In this document: positions 12,549-24,040 of the stretch, piece after piece
How positions within the stretch are numbered: the first letter of the stretch is position 1
Layout of the letters: each line of letters opens with the position of its first letter
Assembly (NCBI RefSeq): GCF_001194135.2
Contig: NC_068982.1
Span: 98,595,085-98,643,036, forward strand
Direction of reading: 5' to 3'
DNA length: 47,952 bases
Source: Octopus bimaculoides
Lineage: Eukaryota
Notes under the pieces: generated by a model
What the model was told of the DNA's origin: nothing
Databases searched by the model: none
The model's input: the letters and a program-made list of their open reading frames with translations, nothing else
Made by a program: the position numbers and the translations under genes

Positions 12549-12736
12549 CAGGCGAGGAAGACATGGCTGTGTGGTTAGGAGTTCAAGCAGCCACGTAATT
12601 TTGGGTTCAGTTCCACTACATCTCATCTTGCGTGAGTGCCTTCTAATATAGTCCCGGGCAGACCAATGCCTTGTGAATCGAAATATTAGGCAGAAACTGT
12701 CCAGAATTAAATAACATACATACACACACACACACA

Positions 12737-12770
<34 letters not shown>
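12549..12770 (+). mobile_element. Diverged family-B-like tRNA SINE ending in (CA)n
   Basis: ACATGGCTGTGTGGTTAG (A box), GGGTTCAGTTCCACT (B box), then CTTCTAATATAGTCCCGGGCAGACCAATGCCTTGTGA matching the family B body. Confidence 0.8.
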
Positions 12771-12771
<1 letters not shown>

Positions 12772-12967
12772 TTTTATTAAAGCTGCCAAATTATCAGAAA
12801 CACTATTACTCGATTCACGTTCCCGTTCGTCAGACGGGAACGTGAAACTCGGAGCAACAGATAAAAGCATATTATTTTACCTTTGGTATTCGAGTATTAG
12901 TTTTTTCTACCTCGTTTAGCACTTAATTGCTCACCTCTGTGTGTTTGCATGAGTGTATGTGTGCATG

Positions 12968-13016
<49 letters not shown>

Positions 13017-13020
13017 ATAC

Positions 13021-13397
13021 TTCTTTCAGTCAGTTGACAGCGGCTATGCTGGAGCACTGCCTTTAGTCGAAGAAATCGACCCCCAGATCTTATTCTTTGT
13101 AAGCCTGGTACTTATTCTATCGGTCCCTTTTGCCGAACAGCTAAGTTACGGGGACATAAACACACCAACATCGGTTGTCAACCGATGGTGGGGGGTGTAC
13201 AAACACAGACACATAAACACACACATATATACTTATATATATACATATATATACGACGGGCTTCTTTCAGTTTCTGTCTACCAAATCCACTCACAAGGCT
13301 TTGGTCGACCCGAGGCTATAGTAGAAGACACTTGCCCAAGGTGCCACGCAGTGGGAATGAACCCCACCCAGAACCATGTGGTTGGTAAGCAAGCTTC
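13021..13397 (-). mobile_element. tRNA-derived SINE family B, A-box missing
   Basis: Near-complete body homologous to 39460-39858; the head stops at AAGAAGCTTGCTTACC, where unrelated sequence begins. Confidence 0.93.
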
Positions 13398-14385
13398 TTT
13401 ATTTCATCAAGATTGGCCATAAAGGCCTCATACAGAAAAAGGGAAGCTGCGAGCTGGACATAGACATAATGTTATGTGAATGAAAAAATGATGATTAATG
13501 AATAAATGGGGGGAACAAGCAGCGCCCGCCGACTGTCTGATCCCCGAAAACATTGTTCTCTTATATGTGAAGCAGCAAGCCTCTTACACTGTTCGTTATG
13601 TTCATTGATACAAAAAGAAGCATTACGCCTCTCACTTTGTTTAAACAAAATGAGGTTTCAACCCCTCTTCAATTCATAACATTGATGCTTTTCAACTTCT
13701 TATCCATATTCCTCCCCAGCATCGCTTGTGACCACATCTTCCGCCATCGCCCACGCCTCATTTAAACACAAAGCAGGTGACTTGTCAGCGTCGCCTGGCC
13801 ACAAGCGATATTCCTCATTAAGCCCCTTCAATCTATGCAACACGGACAACGTTATGACCTCCACAGCTATCTGCAGAAGCCATTCAGGATCACGTGTGCA
13901 GGTCAAAGTTGCTCCCTTCTGGTGCTTTTCTAGCTCTTCCCCAACCTCTCCGCCTCTGTAGAAGACCAATAATTCTTCATCCTCCGGGGACGAGGTAGCC
14001 ACTTCCGCCATCGGTGGCACAATTCCCACCGACGATGGTTCAACGTCCATTGGCAGCTCAACCGTCGGCACACCAATTTTTCTTTTTCTTTTTTCCGGTG
14101 GGAGGAGGGAGTCCTCAGGTTTACTCGGGGGCCTTAATCCCCCTTCCACCTCTACATTTATGTGAGGCTTCGGCGGGCTACTATCAATGCCCGCCTTTCT
14201 CTTTTTCCCTCTTTCAGGTAAGGCCTCCGCCTCTTCATTTTTTCCACCTGCTGAGTAGGACTGCGTTCTTTATTAATTGACTGCTCCTGGGCCACTCTCT
14301 GGTTCCGGCGACAATCCTTCTTTATATGGCCGGGCTCCAGACACACGTGACACTTGGTGGTGGGGGGGGGCGTCCCTCAAGCATC
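13398..14385 (-). mobile_element. L1/Tx1-like ORF1 (gag-like zinc knuckle) pseudogene, running into a gap at its 5' side
   Basis: LEGRPP(fs)TKCHVCLEPGHIKKDC = CX2CX4HX4C knuckle at about 14360-14315; after one frameshift near 14240 continues NEEAEALPERGKKRK...EEYG*; AATAAA at 13403-13398. Confidence 0.7.
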
Positions 14386-15011
14386 NNNNNNNNNNNNNNN
14401 NNNNNNNNNNNNNNNNNNNNNNNNNNNNNNNNNNNNNNNNNNNNNNNNNNNNNNNNNNNNNNNNNNNNNNNNNNNNNNNNNNNNNNNNNNNNNNNNNNNN
14501 NNNNNNNNNNNNNNNNNNNNNNNNNNNNNNNNNNNNNNNNNNNNNNNNNNNNNNNNNNNNNNNNNNNNNNNNNNNNNNNNNNNNNNNNNNNNNNNNNNNN
14601 NNNNNNNNNNNNNNNNNNNNNNNNNNNNNNNNNNNNNNNNNNNNNNNNNNNNNNNNNNNNNNNNNNNNNNNNNNNNNNNNNNNNNNNNNNNNNNNNNNNN
14701 NNNNNNNNNNNNNNNNNNNNNNNNNNNNNNNNNNNNNNNNNNNNNNNNNNNNNNNNNNNNNNNNNNNNNNNNNNNNNNNNNNNNNNNNNNNNNNNNNNNN
14801 NNNNNNNNNNNNNNNNNNNNNNNNNNNNNNNNNNNNNNNNNNNNNNNNNNNNNNNNNNNNNNNNNNNNNNNNNNNNNNNNNNNNNNNNNNNNNNNNNNNN
14901 NNNNNNNNNNNNNNNNNNNNNNNNNNNNNNNNNNNNNNNNNNNNNNNNNNNNNNNNNNNNNNNNNNNNNNNNNNNNNNNNNNNNNNNNNNNNNNNNNNNT
15001 TCTTCTTTTTC

Positions 15012-15017
15012 TTATTA

Positions 15018-15073
<56 letters not shown>
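15012..15073. repeat. (TTA)n tail/target of the adjacent R4/Dong element
   Basis: Read directly; abuts the 3' end of the minus-strand RLE fragment. Confidence 0.95.
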
Positions 15074-15430
15074 TTTATTTTCATCTCCTTTCAATTCTGT
15101 TTTCTTTTCTTGCCGAGTGTCTTCCTGACACCTAGGGCAGAGAAACGCACTGTATACATTTGTAGGCCATTAAAATAAGCACACCAGAATGTTCATTTAC
15201 AAAGTCATGTGATAGGGAAAAAGGATGTGTGCAGTGCCCAGTAGTGCAATTTTCTGTATGTTATATATATTTGTAAGTCCTGGTGTTTTTGTTATGTATT
15301 TGTCTGAATATTTTTTTATTATACCTAAAGCACCTACTATGATAGGAATTGTTTCTGTTTTTAGATTCCACATTCGAGTTACCTCTATTTCCAGGTCTTT
15401 GTATTTTGAAAGTTTTTCCATTTCTTTTCT
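15074..15430 (-). mobile_element. R4/Dong-type non-LTR retrotransposon 3' fragment (restriction-like endonuclease C-terminus plus 3' UTR)
   Basis: EKLSKYKDLEIEVTRMWNLKTETIPIIVGALG...IQKIALLGTAHIL is the RLE end motif (K..KY..L...IVGALG...QK..LLG); (TTA)n on both sides (15012-15073, 15452-15487). Confidence 0.88.
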
Positions 15431-16184
15431 TTTTTTCTTTTATCTTTTTTTTTATTATTATTATCATTATTATCATTATTATTATTAGATGTATGTATAT
15501 ATATATATATATATATATATACTCGTGTTTACATCGTTGAATTCTTGAATTTTTAATATTTTTNNNNNNNNNNNNNNNNNNNNNNNNNNNNNNNNNNNNN
15601 NNNNNNNNNNNNNNNNNNNNNNNNNNNNNNNNNNNNNNNNNNNNNNNNNNNNNNNNNNNNNNNNNNNNNNNNNNNNNNNNNNNNNNNNNNNNNNNNNNNN
15701 NNNNNNNNNNNNNNNNNNNNNNNNNNNNNNNNNNNNNNNNNNNNNNNNNNNNNNNNNNNNNNNNNNNNNNNNNNNNNNNNNNNNNNNNNNNNNNNNNNNN
15801 NNNNNNNNNNNNNNNNNNNNNNNNNNNNNNNNNNNNNNNNNNNNNNNNNNNNNNNNNNNNNNNNNNNNNNNNNNNNNNNNNNNNNNNNNNNNNNNNNNNN
15901 NNNNNNNNNNNNNNNNNNNNNNNNNNNNNNNNNNNNNNNNNNNNNNNNNNNNNNNNNNNNNNNNNNNNNNNNNNNNNNNNNNNNNNNNNNNNNNNNNNNN
16001 NNNNNNNNNNNNNNNNNNNNNNNNNNNNNNNNNNNNNNNNNNNNNNNNNNNNNNNNNNNNNNNNNNNNNNNNNNNNNNNNNNNNNNNNNNNNNNNNNNNN
16101 NNNNNNNNNNNNNNNNNNNNNNNNNNNNNNNNNNNNNNNNNNNNNNNNNNNNNNNNNNNNNNNNNNNNNNNNNNNNNNNNNNNN

Positions 16185-16615
16185 ATGCGTCACAACCATA
16201 TGTGCGCGACATGGTGATCTCATATCAAGATAAACAACGCATGACTTTGCAGGTGGGGCCCGGTTAGAATTTTTTTTAGGTTGAGTAGCCCATCCCGCTC
16301 AAAAGATCCCTGAATAAGGGTTGTTTAAGGATGTTGAACGAAACACCCATGTTTCCAAAGGTGAATTATCCAAACCCCAAAGAATTCCTTTCAAGACATG
16401 GCTATGATGCTCTCCCACTACTTCTGCTCGTGATCAGAGATGCACATATTGTCAGCTACTAGGAGACATGCTCAACTGGTTAAAGTCAAACAACTGACAA
16501 GCAAATCTGTGGTATTGAGCAGATTTTTACAGTAGCCCATCTTTTATATCAAGACAAAACATTGTACATGATAACCTTTCCAGTCAGTTAAGATGAGAAG
16601 CCATGAGAGCCACTG
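16185..16615 (+). mobile_element. Non-coding interspersed repeat, family F (left end in gap)
   Basis: About 90% identical by eye to 30385-30597 over the shared ~210 bp; no ORF; orientation tentative. Confidence 0.8.
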
Positions 16616-16628
16616 ATATCTAGTTTCC

Positions 16629-17340
16629 TTAAATATCGAGGACCTTTCTTAAAATCCTTACTGTTCCCAATAGAGCAGATTTCTATATTAATGCAACTCT
16701 CGTAATTACGTTAATCTCAAAAAAGAACTGTTAAGACAGCTGGCGACAGTACCTCGGGTACCTATAACAACTGAGATTACTTTCGTTGGAACCCCCCACA
16801 GTCGTCGTATTTCCGTAGCTAAATTTGGGTATTTTCCTTTACTCCTGTTCTTTGACTGCTACATTCATGTCTCTAGATAGAGCCACATCTACGATGATGC
16901 ACTCTTTTTCTCCTTATCCAGGACCATAATATCTGGTCGCTTGGCATGAATTTCGCGACCAGTTTATGCATCAAAACCTAATAAAATCTTGTCTTGGTCG
17001 TTCTCTATTATACTTTCTGGTTGATGTTCGTACCATTTTCTTTCTATATTAAATAAATCCTTTTTACCGTAATATGTCCCAGCCTTGGCGTTTATACTCC
17101 TTCTGTGCCAAAGGACTACATAACGGATTCCTACATAACTGATTCCTACTACATGTGCATAACGAATTCCTCTTTTTCCTTACATACTCTGCAACTTTGC
17201 ACGTTTCGCGGATTTGTCTTCTTTGGACGACTGGCTTTGAGCAGCCATTATGAGTCTTGTGGTTACTATTCTTCGGTCATAATCAAGACTCCTCTGCTGT
17301 GACGCCCTACGTTTGTCTGAAATGCTAATCCAATAGTTCT
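16629..17340 (-). mobile_element. R4/Dong-type LINE CCHC plus RLE pseudogene
   Basis: With shifts and stops: CRVCKEKEEFVMH...PLAQKEYKR...KWYEHQPESIIENDQDKIL..FD..TGREIHAKRPDIMVLDKEK/ECIIVDVA...KYPNLATEIRRLWGVPTKVISVVIG...KSALLGTVRILRKVLDI*. Confidence 0.9.
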
Positions 17341-19249
17341 TTTCTTCACGTTATTTTCTCGCTCCTGTTTTTTTTTTCTTTTCTTCTATTCCGTTGCCGT
17401 CTCCGTAGCTTTCTCCTCTTCTCTGACAGCTTAAACCAGTGTTTCGGAGTTGCTTCTCGCATACTCTTTTCATTTATCTATATACAAGATACACAAGATA
17501 TAGATAAACGAGATTATTATTGTTGTCATTGTTGTTATAAACTGGAGCATAGAGGACCAAAAGTTAACCCGCAACATTTACCTGGGTTGAGACAAGAAAC
17601 AAATCTCATTCTTGAACAATCCTGCTTCAGGTGGGTTATCCATTTTACTACAAGACTTGAGTGTTTCTTATATTCTTATCCTATATAATTTCCCGCGACA
17701 ACTACAATTCTGATTTAGATAAAATCTGTCACCTGTGTGTTGTATTCTATGAAATACAACCCCTGCAATGTATCCAGAAGTCCCATACTAGCTCTGATAA
17801 AATATTCTTGAAGACACGATGATTCAGTAGAAAGCCTTGTCATCAGATGCCAGATGCTTGTAGAAAAGTCTTGAGGTAGTTGTATCAACATCCAGCTGAC
17901 TTACAAAATGACAAAGTGAAAATCAGATGACGTGTAGTATGCCTGGCATCATTTTCCATTACAAAAATGATGATACAATATTAATCATCGGCAAAGCAAT
18001 ACTAAATCGTTATAATTACATACAGAAGCGAGCTGATATACTGAGGAGCTGTACTAACTTAGCTTCTGAATTATAAATATTATGGAAATTAAATAGCGAA
18101 TGTGTCGTGTGTCTATCGTCTAATTAGTAATTAGCTTGACTAATGAAACAGCGATTTCTGTGAATAAAGTTCATAGAAGAGTTCGGTGGGGTGACTTGAG
18201 TGAAATAATCTAACGTCTGAGACACTTGTCTTTCTTCAGCGTGTGAGAAAGATAAAGAGAGTGGGAGACTGGGTGAGAGAGAATATAAAGAAGTACAGTA
18301 TGATGCTTATGATGCAAGTTTGGGAAATGTATAAAGCAAATGAGTGGTGAGGAGATGGTTGATGTGTGGAAAAGGACGAGAAAGTCAATGAGAAGTGACG
18401 TGAACGGTGTGAGGACTGTGTGATGTGAGAAGAAGCAAAATCTAAAGGAACAGGTGTCAAAATTTCTAACAAAGTCCAAGTCACTCGGATTGAGAAAAAG
18501 GTCAGTTGAGGTAATTAGACAGATTACCTTTAAAGATAGATAAAGATCTGTTAATATCGTTTGGACATTCTCACTTGACGTTTGTTAACTGTCAACATTT
18601 TTGTTAGATTCAAACACTTTAATGCATGTTTTCCTAGATGTACCTAATTCATGTTTTAGAAAAAGAGACTCTTGACGTATTTCTCACATCTGAAATAATA
18701 AAAACTGTAACAATCCTACACAGGCTCTGTCAAAATTCCACATTTTCTTAATTTTAGTTTGATGCATAAATTTATATATTGTTATAAAGTTGTTAGATCA
18801 TCTGAAAAAATATTTTTGATGAAAAGCCATGTAATGAATAGAGGCCATTGAAAAATAGAGATTTAGAGAAATTAATATAGTGTTAGTAACTATATAAGCC
18901 ATTAGGTTTGATATAGACGGAGGTAGAAAGTTGAGAATTGCCGATAATATTGAAGGTATCGATTGAAGTGATTGAATTGTAGGAAATGGTAGAGACGAAT
19001 TCTTAAGCCAATTGGGGTGGAGTGGCTAATATACGTAATGTCGTGAGACAAGAAATTTTAATTAATAAGAATTACGCACGTAGTGAGTAGAAATGTTCGT
19101 TAACTTAATTATTAATTCTGGTTATGAAAGACAAGAGAGATATCAAGTGGAACATGTTGCTGTACAAAATGGAGTCGGTGATTTCATCTCTAGAGAGTGA
19201 TATAGGACCGATATCGTCGGAACATTGTACTGGTAGTATCATGTATTTA

Positions 19250-19620
19250 TCTACATTTACTGTATCTGTGTTTCACTGTACTGAATACAAAATATAAAAT
19301 GTAATGTCTGCACCATATGGCTTCTGGTGTCCATTTATAAAAAGGATGTCGGAGTTAATGAGATCATTATCTAAATATATTGGAAACGAAATGTCACCAT
19401 AACTAAGTAATATTAATGGGGAATATCTTGTTCGTAGATTGTTAGTTCAGTTAGCTCGGTGACCTAATTTCTACATGAATTGTTTAAATTGGGGTGATGA
19501 CACTAAACTATTGTTAAAGCTCTACGTTGAATTAATGATGATTAATAACAATAGATGTCTCTTTCGGGAGAAACAGCTTTGGGAATATGGTGGAGAAGAT
19601 TACGGCGATGGAGAGAAAAT
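19250..19620 (+). mobile_element. Highly decayed CR1-like LINE 3' region
   Basis: Fragments EY...WCP.(Y)KKD, Y..RL and R(G)DLI resemble the CR1 ORF2 C-terminal consensus (from memory). Confidence 0.35.
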
Positions 19621-19821
19621 ATATTGTTTTGTCTATTGAATTTAAATAGCTTCTTTTTTTTCTTTTTATATTTTTGGTACACATTTAGCTCTTCAATAAG
19701 TATAATCTTGGATTACTTTCAATTATAAAATTTCACATTTATACAAATTTACATAATGTACACATATAAAATCGTTGAAGTGTGTCTATATGATTAACTG
19801 ATACGTCTAGCGTGATAATAT

Positions 19822-20030
19822 ATCAACTACATCGACTCGCCAGTCTGGTAGTACCTGTAAATTTGGTGATGGTAGTATAGTCCATTAGATCTTATTTTAT
19901 TGATCTCATGAGAATAAAAACGCAAAAATCATCTCTGCAAGATTTGAACACAAAGCATCTAGGAACATGACTGAATATTACAAAACATTTGTTTTTTTTC
20001 TTTCGATCACGCTACTGATTCAATTAATTC
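19822..20030 (-). mobile_element. Very diverged family A SINE
   Basis: TACATCGACTC, CTTATTTTATTGATCTC and GATTTGAACAC match family A landmarks in order. Confidence 0.55.
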
Positions 20031-20770
20031 ATTACTCTTACCACTCTCTTTAGACCAAATATTTTAAAAACACATTATGCTATCCATCCCTTTACTATCA
20101 TTTCTAAATGGAAGATAAATTTAACTAACCGAAACACTGACTCTCCTGTCAGCATAAAGCAAGAAATTTCAAATGGGGCAGGCATCCCGTTAACAATTTC
20201 AATTTAGTTACTTCTGATATTACAGAAAAATCGATGCCTGTATAATGTCGACTTATCTGCAGCGTCTAAACATCCTACGTTGAAGATATGTAGTACACAG
20301 GTCTACTAATGTCTAGCTGTAACATATTTCACACGAACGTATCGAAAACTAAAAGTTCTGCTTAGAGATTTCATCAACGAACATATGTTCCAAAGAGCAT
20401 TCTGCAGATCCAGTAGACAAGTCTTTAACATGGATAGCTTCTTTTGCAGGTTCGCATTCACAAAATGGAAGCTAAAAGCATCTTAAATAACATTCTATTA
20501 TCTAGTGGTATGAGTATTTAACACATGAGAGCTTTACGCTATCATTCGACCTCCTAGAAATAGCAGCCAAATTTCTTTCAAATCGTATACTGCCCTCTTC
20601 AAAGAAGGCCACTAGGTAGTGTATATATATATATATAAGGAAAGGTTGATTGTGGTTACAACGGCTCTGTTTGCCAATCTACTTCATTAGAAATAATCTG
20701 TAACCTTGGCTGTTTTAATACATACTTAAAACGACATAATTACGATCTTGGCTACTGGTATATTATTGAC

Positions 20771-20976
20771 TTCAAATTTTGGCTCAAGGCCAGAAATTTC
20801 GGGGGAAGGCTAGGTCGATTATATCGACCCCAGTACTCAACTGGTACTTATTTTATCGATCACCAAAAGGTTCAGAGGACAAAGTCGTTGGTATTTGAAC
20901 TCAGAACGTAAAGACAGACCAAATACCACTAAGCATTTTGCTCACCGTACTAACGATTCTGCCCGCTCACCCCCTT
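20771..20976 (-). mobile_element. tRNA-derived SINE family A
   Basis: TTCAAATTTTGGCTCAAGGCC...ATATCGACCCCAGTACTCAACTGGTACTTATTTTATCG...ATTTGAACTCAGAACGTAAAGAC...TAACGATTCTGCCCGCTCACC. Confidence 0.9.
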
Positions 20977-21298
20977 AGGCCACAGGCATATTACTGCTGT
21001 TGTGACATAATACAGAACTCTTTATCTTCCATTTGCTTCTCAATTACCCAAACTGCCCGATTATTCCCCTTCTCGACTGATTTTAGTATATAGTAAGATA
21101 GCTCTACTTTCTACATATTCATACTTATATAAGCCTTTACTTCCAGGAGTTTTTTCTGGGTTTGAATAACTAAAGCGCCCAGTGGAATGTACAAGTAATG
21201 AATCTAACTTACAGATTATTTCAAGAATTCCTTTAGTTACAAGTAATGGATTAAATAATAAATTTCAGGAAACCAGCATATGTTAATTTTTAAGAATA

Positions 21299-22303
21299 CA
21301 AGGTGGTACCAAAAGGTTCCCGGACTAGTCATGTCTAATAAAAAAAATTAACTTACCTAAGTTCTAACAACTTCATCTTTGAAATAGTCATCAATCCCAG
21401 CATTCCTTCCACTTTTGGAATCCGGCCTGGAAGTCATTTTCCGTAAGCGAGTCGAGGACCTCCTGTGATTCGCTCTGGATTTCGACAACGGTGTTAAAAC
21501 AGCGACTTTTGAGCTGCATTTTTATCTTGAAAAAGAGATGGAGGTCTACAGGTACGAAATCTGGTGAATAGGGCAGGTACAGAAGTGATACATGTTGTTT
21601 TTGGCGAGAAACTCACGAGTGAAGAGAGCTCAGTGAAGACTCCAATTCTTCGCGCTCCACTGATCCGATCGCTTTCGCCGACTGTCCTTCCTCAGACGCT
21701 TCAAAACGTCGCAGTAGAACTCTCGATTGAGGACCTCGCCCAGGGGGGACGAATTCTCGATATTCATTACTACCTTTCCGGAGTGATGCTTGTGGCAGGN
21801 NNNNNNNNNNNNNNNNNNNNNNNNNNNNNNNNNNNNNNNNNNNNNNNNNNNNNNNNNNNNNNNNNNNNNNNNNNNNNNNNNNNNNNNNNNNNNNNNNNNN
21901 NNNNNNNNNNNNNNNNNNNNNNNNNNNNNNNNNNNNNNNNNNNNNNNNNNNNNNNNNNNNNNNNNNGAAGTTCTCCCATTTTTAAAGCACTTGTACCACT
22001 CGAAACATTTTGTACGACCCATTGCTTCGTCGCCGTAAGCTTGCCGAAGCATGCTCAATGTTTCTGTAGCAGACTTTCCAAGTTTAATGCAAAATTTCAT
22101 GTTGGCTCTTTGTTCTTGTCCATGACTAAATCGCAGATAACAGCACAAATTTCACAACTTACAAAGTAACCACAGCAATGTCACTCAGCACACTGCCTCA
22201 TGAAGGTCACTACTAACTCTAGCTCTCACTGCGCACGCAACCGTTTGCTGCCTTCTGTTCGCGTTACTTAACTAGTCGGAAAACTTTTTGATAGCACATC
22301 GTG
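21299..22303 (-). mobile_element. Mariner (Tc1/mariner) DNA transposon, defective, with both TIRs
   Basis: QEQRANMKFCIKLGKSATETLSMLRQAYGDEAMGRTKCFEWYKCFKNGRT; LNREFYCDVLKRLR; LPYSPDFVPVDLHLFFKIK...FQKWKECWD; imperfect ~31-bp TIRs ending GACTAGT (21299-21329, 22271-22303); flanking TA at 21297-8 and 22304-5. Confidence 0.95.
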
Positions 22304-23399
22304 TATCAGTTTATTTCTGTATGATAGTATTCCATCATAATCTTTGTGGAAAAGACATAAAGTTGATTCACAACCGGACAATTCGTTAAAGAATTGGCTA
22401 GTCGGATAAGAAATCTAAAATTGGGCGTTCTCGTTAGAACTGCACTGATTATGACAACCATATTTAACTTACAAACTCTCAGTACTACGAGATCCCGTAT
22501 AAGTTTGCAGTGCTGTGCTAAAATAATTTCTCATGAAAAACTTGAAATAGAGTTTTTGCAGGGTGGAATGAGATTAAATGATGTTTATGCCTTTTTCGAA
22601 TACATTAGTAGTTTTTGTGAAATGAACTGGTTTCAACCGAGAATCGAAAGTTTTCTAGCTCTACTTGCCAGAAAATATTGGTTTCGTCTTAGCAAATAAA
22701 TCATTTTCTGTAAGGAGGAAGTATAATTGGTGGAATTAACTGCAGCGCCTTTCTTATTTATATATGCACTAAATACTTTTACTGCTAACTCACTGCTCAA
22801 CGTGCAGCTAAATATTAACCATTCCACAGACAAGGTTTCGAGGTCCCTTTAGAGATTAAATTAGATGTTATTTTCCATGTGGTTAAACTTAATAGCATTT
22901 GGGATGTCATATAATGGGTTTCAGATGAAATGAGTTCCGTGTGTGTAGGGGTGGTCTTGTCAGAAGTGGAAGAGCTAATGAAGGCTGAAGAACGTGTAAT
23001 TGAGTATTGAGAAGGTTCTATATTATGAGACACGAACCTTGAAATATTCTAGCCAAGAAAGAGTTTATTAACGTCGTTTCGAAGAAAGTTAATAAACCAA
23101 ACAAAAACGGAGAACAGATGAAGTCAATAGAGCCATAAATTAATATTTATACCGTAGCTTCTATTTCATAATGAATAAAAGTTTTATAATTATGGGGCGG
23201 TGAGTAATGGAAGCCGTGTGACCTGAACTGAACTCAGGAATAAACTAAACTTTGAAGGAGCCTCTCAAAATGTTATGCATTTTTTCATTCGTTAATATTT
23301 TACCATAATTTATATTTAAATAATAATTTAACCCAATTAGTCAAATTAATAAGTAACATTAACGAAATAGACTCAACAGTTAATCTACCAATAAACTTA

Positions 23400-23575
23400 G
23401 GGAGGTGGGTTGGCAAAGTCATAAGACCATCGAACAAAATATCGTGTAGTAGTCATTCCAGTCTCTAACGCTGTGAGTTCAAATGCTGCCGAGATCAATT
23501 TTAACCCCTCATCTTTTCGGGTCGATAAATAAAATATTAAGCAAAAACTGGATGGGTATCGATTTTATCGACTAT
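23400..23575 (+). mobile_element. Diverged family A SINE
   Basis: GGAGGTGGGTTGGCAAAGTC head, GTGAGTTCAAATGCTGCCGAG B box, TCATCTTTTCGGGTCGATAAATAAA body. Confidence 0.75.
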
Positions 23576-23640
23576 TTCATCCGCCATAAACCTGTGACCA
23601 TGTTATTCATCGTTAGTTACCCAAGTTTGTAGTATTTTTT

Positions 23641-23844
23641 TTTTATCTTTTACTTGTTTCAGTCATTAGACTGCAGCCATGCTGGGGTACCGCCATGACG
23701 AATTTTAGTCGAACTACTCGACCTCAGGAGTTATTTTATTTTTAAACCTGGTACATAGTCTATCGTTCGTTTTTGCTGAGCCACTAAGTTACAGAGACAT
23801 AAACACACCAACACTGGTTGTCAAGCGGTGATGGTGGGAAACAA

Positions 23845-23885
<41 letters not shown>

Positions 23886-24040
23886 GCTTCTTTCAGTTTC
23901 CGCTTACCAAATCTACCTACAAGGCTTTAGTCGGCCCGAAGCTATAATAGAAGGCACTTGCTCGCACTTGCCCAAGGTGCTACGCAATGATACTTTGTGG
24001 TTGGGAAGCAAACTTCTTACCACATAGCCACACCCGCACA
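23641..24040 (-). mobile_element. tRNA-derived SINE family B with internal (CA)n
   Basis: Homologous along its length to the other family B copies; B-box region partly deleted. Confidence 0.9.

Noticed and set aside
17117-17150. 15-bp tandem duplication inside the R4 zinc finger
   Set aside because: Ordinary slippage mutation in a dead element.
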